Assembly (NCBI GenBank): GCA_035497735.1
Contig: DATJCX010000019.1
Location: 4,405 to 68,404, forward strand
Direction: 5' to 3'
DNA: 64,000 bases
Source: Brumimicrobium sp.
Lineage (GTDB): Bacteria > Bacteroidota > Bacteroidia > Flavobacteriales_D > Crocinitomicaceae
The number at the start of each line of letters is the position of its first letter. Position 1 is the first letter of the stretch. Positions 55,326 to 64,000 of this stretch are shown in pieces. A model generated the notes under the pieces. It was given only the letters and a program-made list of their open reading frames with translations, was not told the DNA's origin and did no database searches. A program made the position numbers and the translations under genes.

Positions 55326-55368
55326 TTACCATTGAATTAATACAAACCATGTTATTTATCTAAAAATT

Positions 55369-56322
55369 ATGGAAAATCAGAATATAGAACTTTTAGATAA
55401 GCATTTTCAGGATAAAGTTGATCAGGAAATCAAAATTGAGCCTAGAGACTATATGCCGGATGCTTATCGTAAGACTCTAATTCGTCAGATATCTCAACAC
55501 GCTCACTCCGAAACTGTTGGTCAACTACCTGAATCGAATTGGGTAACAAGAGCTCCTTCTCTAGTGAGAAAAGCAACATTATTAGCAAAAATTCAAGACG
55601 AGGCAGGTCACGGTTTATACCTTTACAGTGCTGCTGAAACCCTTGGCGCAAGCAGAGAAGATTTAATCGACGACTTACACAGTGGTAAAGCGAAATACTC
55701 AAGTATATTCAACTATCCTTCATTAACTTGGGCGGATATGGGTGCAATTGGCTGGTTAGTTGATGGTGCTGCCATCATTAATCAAGTTCCGCTTTGTCGT
55801 ACGTCGTACGGACCCTACGCAAGAGCGATGGTACGAGTTTGTAAGGAAGAATCTTTCCATCAAAGACAAGGATTTGAGATCATGGCTAACTTAGCAGCTG
55901 GTTCTCCAGAGCAAAAGGAAATGGCACAAGATGCACTTAATAGATGGTGGTGGCCAGCGATTATGATGTTCGGTCCAAGTGATGCAGAATCCACCCATAC
56001 AGCACAGTCAATGAAGTGGAAGATTAAACGTCACACCAATGACGAATTAAGACAAAAGTTTATCGACCAAGCAGTTCCACAAGCAGAATTCATAGGACTA
56101 AAAGTTCCTGATGAGCACTTAAAGTTCAACGAGGAAACAGGTCATTACGATTACGGTCCAATCGACTGGGAGGAGTTTTGGAGTGTTGTTAAAGGAAATG
56201 GTCCTTGTAATGAAGAACGTGTTGCTGCTCGTAAAGCTGCCAAGGACAATGGTATGTGGGTAAGAGAAGCTGCAATGGCTTATGCCGAGAAGAAAGAAAA
56301 AAGAAAAGTAAAAGTATCGTAA
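55369..56322 (+). CDS. paaA: 1,2-phenylacetyl-CoA epoxidase catalytic subunit PaaA
   Basis: The di-iron ligand regions are [11 protein letters not shown] and [12 protein letters not shown]...[11 protein letters not shown]. Confidence 0.9.
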   Translation: MENQNIELLDKHFQDKVDQEIKIEPRDYMPDAYRKTLIRQISQHAHSETVGQLPESNWVTRAPSLVRKATLLAKIQDEAGHGLYLYSAAETLGASREDLIDDLHSGKAKYSSIFNYPSLTWADMGAIGWLVDGAAIINQVPLCRTSYGPYARAMVRVCKEESFHQRQGFEIMANLAAGSPEQKEMAQDALNRWWWPAIMMFGPSDAESTHTAQSMKWKIKRHTNDELRQKFIDQAVPQAEFIGLKVPDEHLKFNEETGHYDYGPIDWEEFWSVVKGNGPCNEERVAARKAAKDNGMWVREAAMAYAEKKEKRKVKVS

Positions 56323-56365
56323 TTTATAAAGCGATACAATTATATAAAAATATTAAAACTAAAAA

Positions 56366-56656
56366 ATGGGAAATAAAGTTGAATGGCCACTTTGGGAAGT
56401 TTTTATCCGAAGTAAGCAAGGGCTAAATCACAGACATGCTGGTAGTTTAAGAGCTCCAGATGAAGTTATGGCGATTAAAAATGCACGTGACGTTTATACA
56501 CGTCGTAGCGAAGGTGTTAGTATTTGGGTAGTTAAAGCGGAAGATGTTTTTGCTTCAGACCCCTATGAAGAAGGTCCATTATTTGAACCTGCAAATACAA
56601 AAATTTACCGTCACCCAACCTTCTATCATGTTCCAGAAGGAGTTAAAAACCTTTAA
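56366..56656 (+). CDS. paaB: 1,2-phenylacetyl-CoA epoxidase subunit PaaB
   Basis: WPLWEVFIRSKQGLNHRHAGSLRAPD...NARDVYTRRSEGVSIWVV is the PaaB signature. Confidence 0.9.
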   Translation: MGNKVEWPLWEVFIRSKQGLNHRHAGSLRAPDEVMAIKNARDVYTRRSEGVSIWVVKAEDVFASDPYEEGPLFEPANTKIYRHPTFYHVPEGVKNL

Positions 56657-56665
56657 AATAAAATC

Positions 56666-57430
56666 ATGACTAAAGAAGAAGCATTATTTCAATTTTTACT
56701 AAGAAAAGCTGATGACAGTTTAATATTAGGGCATCGTTTATCAGAATGGTGTGGACATGGTCCGGTATTAGAGGAAGACATCGCTTTATCGAATATCGCT
56801 TTAGACTTGATTGGTCAAGCAACAGAATTATTCAAATACGCGGCGGAAGTTGAAGGTAAAGGAAGAACGGAGGATGACTTAGCGTTTTTAAGAATCGAAA
56901 GAGAATACAGAAATGTTTTACTTGTTGAACAACCAAACGGAGACTTTGGAAAAACAATCGTTCGTCAATTCTTTTTTGACCAATTTGAATTGCTTTTCTA
57001 CCAAGCGTTGACACAAAGCAAGGATGACCATATTAAGGCAATTGCTGAGAAGACAATTTTAGAAATTAAATATCACGCGAGACATTCAGCAGAATGGATT
57101 ATTCGATTAGGAGATGGAACAGAGGAATCTCATGAGAGAGTTCAAAAATCAATCAATGAACTAGCTCGTTTTGTTGACGAATTGTTCTACCAAGACGAAG
57201 TAGATGAGATTTTAATTAACGCTGGAATTATTGCAGACAGTAAAAAGCTAAGAGAGGCATTTGATAAAAATGTAGCTGATATATTATCAGAAGCAACATT
57301 GTCACTTCCTGAAAATAATTGGCAAAACAAAATCACCAGTGGAAGAAAAGGAATTCACACTGAACACTTGGGATATTTGCTAACAGAGCTGCAATACATG
57401 CAACGCACATACCCAGGGTTGCAGTGGTAA
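56666..57430 (+). CDS. paaC: 1,2-phenylacetyl-CoA epoxidase subunit PaaC
   Basis: LLRKADDSLILGHRLSEWCGHGP.LEEDIALSNIALDLIGQA matches PaaC (PaaI in older nomenclature). Confidence 0.85.
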   Translation: MTKEEALFQFLLRKADDSLILGHRLSEWCGHGPVLEEDIALSNIALDLIGQATELFKYAAEVEGKGRTEDDLAFLRIEREYRNVLLVEQPNGDFGKTIVRQFFFDQFELLFYQALTQSKDDHIKAIAEKTILEIKYHARHSAEWIIRLGDGTEESHERVQKSINELARFVDELFYQDEVDEILINAGIIADSKKLREAFDKNVADILSEATLSLPENNWQNKITSGRKGIHTEHLGYLLTELQYMQRTYPGLQW

Positions 57431-57442
57431 AATAAATTAAAA

Positions 57443-57943
57443 ATGAGTACAACAAAAGAAATAACATCAGAATACATTTGGAAACTTTTAGAAGAAGTTC
57501 CAGACCCAGAGATTCCGGTAGTTTCTGTGATTGACTTGGGTGTAATTCGTCATGTAATCAAAGAAGATGATGGAAGCTGGACCATTAAAATGACGCCTAC
57601 TTATACAGGCTGTCCGGCGACCAACTTTATGGCGATGAATGTTGTTTCACGATTAAAAGAAGATGGTATCAAATCAAAAGTTGATATCGTTCTTTCTCCG
57701 GCTTGGATTACTGATTATATAACAGAAGAAGGTCGTAGAAAACTTAAAGAGTATGGCGTTGCTCCACCGCAAGAAGGAGGAGATTCATCTACCCTTTTTG
57801 GGAAAAGACCCGATGTAATATGTCCAAGATGTGATTCAACGAACACAACCATGGTTTCAAATTTCGGTTCTACAGCATGTAAAGCATTTTACAAATGCAA
57901 TGACTGTCTAGAGCCTTTTGATTATTTTAAATGTCACAAATAA
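57443..57943 (+). CDS. paaD: 1,2-phenylacetyl-CoA epoxidase subunit PaaD
   Basis: DUF59-like N-terminus (VPDPEIPVVSVIDLGV, TPTYTGCPA) and a C-terminal CPRC...CNDC zinc ribbon. Confidence 0.85.
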   Translation: MSTTKEITSEYIWKLLEEVPDPEIPVVSVIDLGVIRHVIKEDDGSWTIKMTPTYTGCPATNFMAMNVVSRLKEDGIKSKVDIVLSPAWITDYITEEGRRKLKEYGVAPPQEGGDSSTLFGKRPDVICPRCDSTNTTMVSNFGSTACKAFYKCNDCLEPFDYFKCHK

Positions 57944-57957
57944 AAAAACAAATAAAA

Positions 57958-58182
57958 ATGAATAAATTAAAATCCCTAGTTATCGCTAGTGCATTATTCT
58001 TAGGAGGAATGGCTTTCACAGCATGTTCATCAGACACTGCTGCAACAGAAACGGAAATTGCAGAAAACGTAGTTTACCACTGCCCAATGGATTGTGAAGA
58101 CGGTAAAATGTATGATGAACCAGGACAATGTCCAGTTTGCGAAATGGACTTAGTAGTATTTGAAGAAGAAGTAGCAGAATAA
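57958..58182 (+). CDS. Small lipoprotein with a heavy-metal-binding-domain-like motif (YxCPM...CPxCxM)
   Basis: Lipobox MAFTAC, then VYHCPMDCEDGKMYDEPGQCPVCEMDLV. It starts 14 nt after paaD and shares the terminator at 58213. Confidence 0.65.
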   Translation: MNKLKSLVIASALFLGGMAFTACSSDTAATETEIAENVVYHCPMDCEDGKMYDEPGQCPVCEMDLVVFEEEVAE

Positions 58183-58212
58183 TTTTATATTTGCATTCAT
58201 ATCAAAACACAT

Positions 58213-58247
58213 AGAGGTTGTCTAATTTTTAGATAGCCTCTTTTTTT
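58213..58247 (+). terminator. Rho-independent terminator ending the paaABCD-lipoprotein unit
   Basis: 12-bp stem AGAGGTTGTCTA/TAGATAGCCTCT (two G-U pairs) with a 5-nt loop, followed by T7. Confidence 0.75.
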
Positions 58248-58255
58248 ACTTTAAT

Positions 58256-58597
58256 ATGGAAAATAACGCATTTATTACTTGGGAAGATTTCGCCAAAATA
58301 GATATCCGCGTCGGAACTATTATTAAGGCTGAAGTTTTTAAAGAAGCTCGAAATCCAGCGTATATACTACACATAGATTTTGGTGAATTAGGCATAAAAA
58401 AGACTTCTGCTCAAATCACCGTTTTGTATAGTACTGAAGAATTAATAGGAAAGCAAGTTACCGCCGTTGTTAACTTCCCACCTAAGCAAATTGCTAATAT
58501 GAAAAGTGAATGCTTAGTACTCGGTGCGGTAAATGAAAAGGAGGTGACGCTATTGACAACAGAAAGAAAGGTGAAAAATGGACTTAAAGTCGGCTAA
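58256..58597 (+). CDS. csaA: CsaA-type tRNA-binding (EMAP/OB-fold) protein
   Basis: [42 protein letters not shown]. 113 aa. Confidence 0.8.
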   Translation: MENNAFITWEDFAKIDIRVGTIIKAEVFKEARNPAYILHIDFGELGIKKTSAQITVLYSTEELIGKQVTAVVNFPPKQIANMKSECLVLGAVNEKEVTLLTTERKVKNGLKVG

Positions 58598-58607
58598 ACA
58601 ACTATGT

Positions 58608-60860
58608 TTATTCTACCTCTACCACTATATTAAGTTCTAATCCTTTCTCTACGCCGTTGTACTTCAGTTCAACTTTAGCAATTGAATGACCTTTTAAGCC
58701 GTCAGTCTTGAAAGTCATAGAAACCGACATTGTCTCTCCAGGCTCAAGCGTCGTTTTTTCTATGTTAAAGCTAACAGCATCAGAAGATTTTACTACCTCA
58801 TCTATCACAACAGTTTGTTCGCCAATATTCTTTAGAATAAATTCTCTTTTAATATCCGTTCCTTGCTTAGTTAGCCCATCGTTGTATATCAACTCATTTG
58901 CTGTAAGAATTGTTGAAAGTTGATTGTCTCCACGGATAATATCTACACTTTGAATTTCAATTTTACGCTCACTCGCTGCAGCACGTGAATAAACTGAGTT
59001 TTGTTTATCATTGGGATTATCACTAATAATTTGATCTGCCTGATACTCACCAAACGGAATCTGACGAATCGTCAATTCTCCACCTTCCTTGGAAGTCTTG
59101 TTTATAAAAGGTTGGAATACTCCACCGTCATAAGCATAAAGGTAGTTTTTTATTGAGGCAATTCTTCGCTTTGTCAAGTTCACGTTATAATCGGTCTTTG
59201 CTAATGGGCTTGCAAAACCTTTTACAGTCATTTCTATTTTTCTTCCCTTTTGCAATTCAATCAGCAATAAATCTCTAAACTGTTCCAAGTCTTTCATACC
59301 TTGTTGCACATATTCTAAAAAGAAATCTTCAATATCATCTTGCGCATCCGCTGCTTTATCTCCTTTCAGTCCAACAGAATATTCCTTTTTGTATTTATCT
59401 AACATGACAATGTACTCATCGTAACTGTGGATATAATTCACATTAGATGTCGTATCCCAAGATTTAGGGTTTGGAATATCATTGTGGAAATACAAAGTCA
59501 CAGGTAATCTTTTGTTTAATTCTTCTAAACTTTCTTCGACAGTTGGCGGTGTTGGCTCCAGTTCCTTTCTAACCAAATAAATGTCGCTACAACAAGTGGG
59601 ATTCTTACTGTAATTACTTCCCATTCTATTCGAACTAAAGTAAGCAGTATCCTTTGTTGAAGTTTGGAAATAATACAAATCATTAGCGGGAGAGTTAATT
59701 GGCTCCATCAAATTTTCTGGTTCACCAAAGTCATTTTCATACTTTGATTTAAACACATCTTGACCACCAAAGCCATTGTACCAAGAACTACTAAAATAAA
59801 GTGTATTTGTTTCGTTATCCCAAAAAGGCGACAACTCGTCGTCTAAAGTATTTAACCGCTTTATATTCCTTGGTTTAGCATATTGATTCCCATTCTTAAT
59901 AAAACTGTACCAAATATCCATTCCACCTACTCCACCTTCTCTATTAGAAGCATAAAACAACACTTCGCTTCCATCCCAATCACCAATAAACGGCATTGTT
60001 GTATTAGCGCCTGGATAATTGATAATATCACCTAAAGTATCTACGTCGACAAAACGATTGTTCTCAACATAAGCAACCAATATTTTACAACTGTAGTTGT
60101 GACCTTCGCTTTTACAATGACTGAAATAAAATCTTTTACCATCCAAACTAAAAGCGCCATTTCCAGTGCTCGCATCACTCCAATTTAAACCTTCTATCTT
60201 CCTATCTTCGCCATAGTTTCCTTCTTCTATCTCACTCATATATAAGTGCGTACTATAACTCGGGTCGTACACTTCTTCTTTTTCACTAATAGAGTCAGCT
60301 CTAAGCGAAGAGAAAATCAAATTTCCATCGTGAACTCTATGTGCAAATTCTGCATTCTTTGTGTTGATGTTGTCTGGTAAATGCTCAAATATGATATCAG
60401 CAACCAATTCTCCAGCATTTGCTTTTGCCCAAATACATGATTCAATTTCCTGTCTAGACTTTCTTGCTAAATAACCACGAGTATCCTTTCTGTATTTCTT
60501 TCTAGCCTTCTTAAAAACTTCCAAGGCCTCATCATATTTTCCTGATTGCTTTAACATCAAACCATAATTCAACAAGCTCGCTGGATAAACTTCACCACTT
60601 TCCCTGGAATACACCTTCCCATAATAAAAAGCAGCTTTTGGATAGTCTTTGTATGCACGAAGAACTTCTGCGTATTCCCACAAAGTATTGATTGAGTTTG
60701 AATCCAACTCCATAGCTTTATCATAGTACGTTAAAGAATATACATAATCACCTTCTTGATACTTTTTTTTAGCAAAATCAAGATACTTCTTTAACTCTTG
60801 TTGACCAAAAGAAAAAGACGAGATAAAAACGGCACATATGATTATATAAAGTCTGGACAT
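58608..60860 (-). CDS. TPR + PD40 (TolB-like beta-propeller) + OmpA-like + C-terminal Ig-like (DUF1573-like) outer-membrane-associated protein
   Basis: Signal peptide, then TPR-like helices at the N-terminus. PD40-like repeats are FSLDGKRFYFS and FYASNREGGVGGMDIWYS. The OmpA_C-like block is VKGFASPLAKTDYNVNLTKRRIASIKNYL. It overlaps the porP/sprF stop by 19 nt. Confidence 0.75.
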   Translation of the reverse strand: MSRLYIIICAVFISSFSFGQQELKKYLDFAKKKYQEGDYVYSLTYYDKAMELDSNSINTLWEYAEVLRAYKDYPKAAFYYGKVYSRESGEVYPASLLNYGLMLKQSGKYDEALEVFKKARKKYRKDTRGYLARKSRQEIESCIWAKANAGELVADIIFEHLPDNINTKNAEFAHRVHDGNLIFSSLRADSISEKEEVYDPSYSTHLYMSEIEEGNYGEDRKIEGLNWSDASTGNGAFSLDGKRFYFSHCKSEGHNYSCKILVAYVENNRFVDVDTLGDIINYPGANTTMPFIGDWDGSEVLFYASNREGGVGGMDIWYSFIKNGNQYAKPRNIKRLNTLDDELSPFWDNETNTLYFSSSWYNGFGGQDVFKSKYENDFGEPENLMEPINSPANDLYYFQTSTKDTAYFSSNRMGSNYSKNPTCCSDIYLVRKELEPTPPTVEESLEELNKRLPVTLYFHNDIPNPKSWDTTSNVNYIHSYDEYIVMLDKYKKEYSVGLKGDKAADAQDDIEDFFLEYVQQGMKDLEQFRDLLLIELQKGRKIEMTVKGFASPLAKTDYNVNLTKRRIASIKNYLYAYDGGVFQPFINKTSKEGGELTIRQIPFGEYQADQIISDNPNDKQNSVYSRAAASERKIEIQSVDIIRGDNQLSTILTANELIYNDGLTKQGTDIKREFILKNIGEQTVVIDEVVKSSDAVSFNIEKTTLEPGETMSVSMTFKTDGLKGHSIAKVELKYNGVEKGLELNIVVEVE

Positions 60861-61837
60861 ATTCTATGTTGAATGCTTTTTGGTTTAAAATGATGAATGA
60901 TATAACGTACACTAAATTCTATTCCTCCTCTGACCCTACTTGCCGGTGTTAAGCTAGAATAGTTGAAATCATAAGAAATTCCTGCCCACCAATTTTGGTA
61001 TTCCATTCCAACCATCACGTATGCCGCGTCGATTGCACGCGTATATATTCCACCGACGATGGCACGATAAACGCCCAATCTATCAACTAGAATATAACGA
61101 AGCTGAGAACCTACGTTAAACTCCATGTACTTTCCTTGGAAATTGAACTGAAAGCTAGGCATGATGTCCCAATCAAAACCAATTTTGTATTCTGCACGCG
61201 CAAAAGCTTGGTACCTGATTTCTCTATTTATTTTATCACCAAAGAAACCTTGATTAGGTCTATTTAGGTTAAAGGCTCCGAAGCCAACAGTTATTCTTTC
61301 TCTTTTGCTTTTTTGGAATTCGTAACTTGCACCTATTCCTATCGTAAAATTAGTTTTCTTCGTACTTAGGAATGATTCATTGTGCGAAATAGTTGGGTCA
61401 AATTGCTGTCCATTCCACTGTTCATCATAATAAAAAGCATCGGGATTAATAGACCTAAAATTGATACCCATTTGTAAGCCCGGTCGAAACAGATGCATAG
61501 AGTCGGAACTCAATTTAAAAGTATAAGAAGCTGAAGGTTGAAATTCTACCGTTGTATATTTCCCGTCACCCGCCACATCTGTCATAATAAAAGCACCGAT
61601 GTTTAAATTCTTATACAAGTTCTTTGCTTCTCCAGAAACAGAGAAAGTAGAAAAAGGTTTTGTAACACTTCTCCATTGATCTCTATAATTGGCATGTATT
61701 CTATAATCTCCGTTAAATTGACCAACGTTGGCTGGGTTCTGAAACACTGGATTATAATCGAATTGTGAGAAATGGACATCTTGTGCATGAATCATATAAG
61801 AGAAGAATAAAAGCGATATATAAAGGAGTTTCTTCAC
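60842..61837 (-). CDS. PorP/SprF-family type IX secretion system membrane protein
   Basis: MKKLLYISLLFFSYMIHAQDVHFSQFDYNPVFQNPANVG signature. It abuts the upstream type-B cargo gene with no gap. Confidence 0.85.
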   Translation of the reverse strand: MKKLLYISLLFFSYMIHAQDVHFSQFDYNPVFQNPANVGQFNGDYRIHANYRDQWRSVTKPFSTFSVSGEAKNLYKNLNIGAFIMTDVAGDGKYTTVEFQPSASYTFKLSSDSMHLFRPGLQMGINFRSINPDAFYYDEQWNGQQFDPTISHNESFLSTKKTNFTIGIGASYEFQKSKRERITVGFGAFNLNRPNQGFFGDKINREIRYQAFARAEYKIGFDWDIMPSFQFNFQGKYMEFNVGSQLRYILVDRLGVYRAIVGGIYTRAIDAAYVMVGMEYQNWWAGISYDFNYSSLTPASRVRGGIEFSVRYIIHHFKPKSIQHRICPDFI

Positions 61838-64000
61838 TTATTTAATCAGTGTTATATTTCCTTTAATAATAAAGTCTTGGTCATCTATACACTTCCCTTC
61901 TAGGTAATAGTCATAAACATCTGGATTCAGTGCTTTTCCTCTAAAAGTTCCGTCCCATCCCGTATGCATATTTGTTGACTCAAATACCTTCTCACCCCAT
62001 CTATCGTAGATTCTAAAAACAAGTTCCTTGACAATTTTACTACGCAAGTAAAGCACATCATTCTTTCCGTCACCATTTGGCGTGAATGCATTGGGAACAT
62101 ATATAAACGGTTCTTCACAGGTGTATGGGAAAACCTTAACCCAAACAGAAGAAGACTTTGTACAAATTCCATCAGAAACAAGAACGGTAAATTCAGTAGT
62201 TTCATAAACGGTAGCTGTTGTCTCTTGCGCATTTGGATTGTCCACACCTTCACTCGGAATCCATGTGTAACTGTATCCACTTGGCTCCGCATTTAGCGTT
62301 ACCTCATCTCCTACTGGCACATTATCATCAGAAACAGTAGCATTCACCAAAGACTCATCAATTGAACTCACGGAAATAAGAATACTATCTGTTACCTCAC
62401 AGCCGTTATTAGCTGTTGCCGTCACATAAATATACTGCGTTGTATAAGGTTGAATCGTTACACTCGAAGAGCCATTTCCAGAAACAATAACAGAATCTGG
62501 TGACCACTGATAATTTGAGAAAACTACACTTGGATTGGTACTCGAAGCAGTAATTACTGAGTTATCGCCCAAACAAAGTTTATCATTTCCTGCCAAGTTC
62601 AAACTCGCACTGGTGAAATTGACCAGAACACTATCGATGACGCTACAGCCATTGTTTACGGCCATTATATAATAATATCCTTGTGTTGGTTCATTAATCA
62701 CAACAGTAGAATCCGCTGTATTAGCATTTAAGGTATCAGAGAAGTCTGAATTACTTGACCAAATAAAAGAACTTGCTGTTCCTTGAGAATTAGCTTCTAA
62801 TGTAATAGGAATAGGAAGACATAAATCAATATCAGAGCTTACGTCTAGAATAATATCTGGATACACTTCTATTACTTGCATAGCAGAATCTGTAATCATA
62901 CAAATAGAATCTGTTACCGTCAACCAAACAACATAAGTTCCTGGCTCTGTAAATATTCTTATTGGTTCGAATGTTGTAGAATCCAAATCTCCATTTCCGA
63001 AATTCCACAGATAAGCATCAGAATCAGAGGAGAAATTCTCAAAGTTCACTTCAAAAGGCGAACAACCAATATTTTTATCTACGATAAAATCTGCATGCGG
63101 TATTAAATCAAAATCAAACTTAAAAGTCAAGGCGTTACAGTTGCTTGACAAATTTAGGTTGGACCAAGCACCAGGAGTCGTTGGGAAATCACTAAAACCT
63201 CCACATCCACCACAAACTGCTTGATAAACCACTCCATTTTTATCAAATCGGCTCGTACCGCCGTCCATGTGTTCTTTTGCATTCGCACCCCCCATGTAAG
63301 TTCCATAAAGCAAACCTCCAAACTCACGTTCAAGCACCATTAGGTAAAAATCATACCCATTTGGTGGAGTCGTTTGATATGCATTGGCAGAAATCGCCAT
63401 TCCACTCATTGGAGAAGCACCTGGCAAAACACTAGAGCCCCATCCAGACACATAAATATTTCCACAAATATCCACAAGAAATGCTGAAGGAGAAATATCA
63501 GCCACCGCGTTACCACTACCGAAAACAGTAGAAGCTTCTATGGCAGTTAAGTCAGGCGAGAATCGTGCTATAAACTGACTCGAATTGGGATTGGAATACG
63601 GCGCATTGATAACAGGGAATGCACCACCATAACTTTGACCCAATGCAAAGATTCTATCTTCTCTATCGATTTCAATAAAAAACACTTGGTCATAATTCGA
63701 CGTTCCAACATAGGTAGAATGACTTAATGTATGACCATCTGGTGTCAATTTTGCGATAAAACCTTCTGCTTTACCTCCATTGTGAATGGGTTGATAAGTA
63801 GTTGGCGACATCGGTAAGTCATAAGAATTTGTACCACCTGCAAAAACAACATTATAACTAGAGTCAACTTTAACAGAATAAACAGCGTCATTTCCACCTC
63901 CTCCATAAAAACTAGAGAACATCATGGTAGAAAGGTCATTAGTCAATTTAAAAACAACACCATCTTGTTGTCCACCTAATACTGCTTGAAATGGATTTTG
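61838..64000 (-). CDS. Large cell-surface protein with SBBP-type beta-propeller repeats, Ig/PKD-like domains and a T9SS type-B CTD (5' end beyond window)
   Basis: The frame stays open to the window edge. The SBBP-like region is SSFYGGGGNDAVYSVKVDSSYNVVFAGGTNSYDLP. The C-terminus is FTPNGDGKNDVL...IYDRWGEKVF...GWDGTF. Confidence 0.85.
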   Translation of the reverse strand, partial: QNPFQAVLGGQQDGVVFKLTNDLSTMMFSSFYGGGGNDAVYSVKVDSSYNVVFAGGTNSYDLPMSPTTYQPIHNGGKAEGFIAKLTPDGHTLSHSTYVGTSNYDQVFFIEIDREDRIFALGQSYGGAFPVINAPYSNPNSSQFIARFSPDLTAIEASTVFGSGNAVADISPSAFLVDICGNIYVSGWGSSVLPGASPMSGMAISANAYQTTPPNGYDFYLMVLEREFGGLLYGTYMGGANAKEHMDGGTSRFDKNGVVYQAVCGGCGGFSDFPTTPGAWSNLNLSSNCNALTFKFDFDLIPHADFIVDKNIGCSPFEVNFENFSSDSDAYLWNFGNGDLDSTTFEPIRIFTEPGTYVVWLTVTDSICMITDSAMQVIEVYPDIILDVSSDIDLCLPIPITLEANSQGTASSFIWSSNSDFSDTLNANTADSTVVINEPTQGYYYIMAVNNGCSVIDSVLVNFTSASLNLAGNDKLCLGDNSVITASSTNPSVVFSNYQWSPDSVIVSGNGSSSVTIQPYTTQYIYVTATANNGCEVTDSILISVSSIDESLVNATVSDDNVPVGDEVTLNAEPSGYSYTWIPSEGVDNPNAQETTATVYETTEFTVLVSDGICTKSSSVWVKVFPYTCEEPFIYVPNAFTPNGDGKNDVLYLRSKIVKELVFRIYDRWGEKVFESTNMHTGWDGTFRGKALNPDVYDYYLEGKCIDDQDFIIKGNITLIK

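Noticed and set aside
1-64000. Searched by eye for CRISPR repeats, tRNA/rRNA genes, transposase/integrase/recombinase genes, phage genes, toxin-antitoxin pairs and known defence-system gene combinations
   Set aside because: I found none. There are no regularly spaced direct repeats, no tRNA-like GTTCGAATC-type arms in intergenic regions and no nuclease/helicase/methylase clusters. The window looks like conserved core chromosome rather than an accessory island.

Overview
Low-GC chromosomal segment from a Bacteroidota genome, almost certainly class Flavobacteriia. This call rests on T9SS type-A and type-B C-terminal sorting domains, two PorP/SprF genes, a GLPGLI-family gene, and TAnnTTTG -7 promoter boxes 17-50 nt upstream of many start codons. 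About 57 densely packed protein genes sit on both strands, and most are housekeeping: tex, mltF-like, gpmA, pyrC, ppa, rsfS-ftsH-cdsA-psd, tsaC, glyQS, nifU-like, lptF/G, tgt, rsmG, gmhA and a methionine gamma-lyase/Lrp pair. Five modules stand out. (1) A complete Sec-type (clade II) nitrous-oxide reductase cluster, nosZ-nosB-like-nosL-nosD-nosF-nosY (20507-26470, minus strand), has no cytochrome c or other electron-transfer gene beside it. (2) A two-gene dinB-dnaE2 translesion/mutagenesis module lies at 9126-13223. (3) A phenylacetyl-CoA epoxidase operon paaABCD carries an appended heavy-metal-binding-motif lipoprotein gene and faces two tandem PaaE-type reductase paralogs plus an SDR. (4) Two T9SS type-B cargo + PorP/SprF modules sit near the two ends of the window. 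(5) A free-standing small secreted Lys/Cys-rich protein gene has its own promoter and terminator (34513-34889). I found no rRNA, tRNA, CRISPR array, transposase/integrase, prophage or recognisable defence island. The window reads as core chromosome, so the findings are modest oddities rather than a clearly novel system. All calls come from reading the ORF translations and DNA by eye. No database search was run, and family names are from memory.
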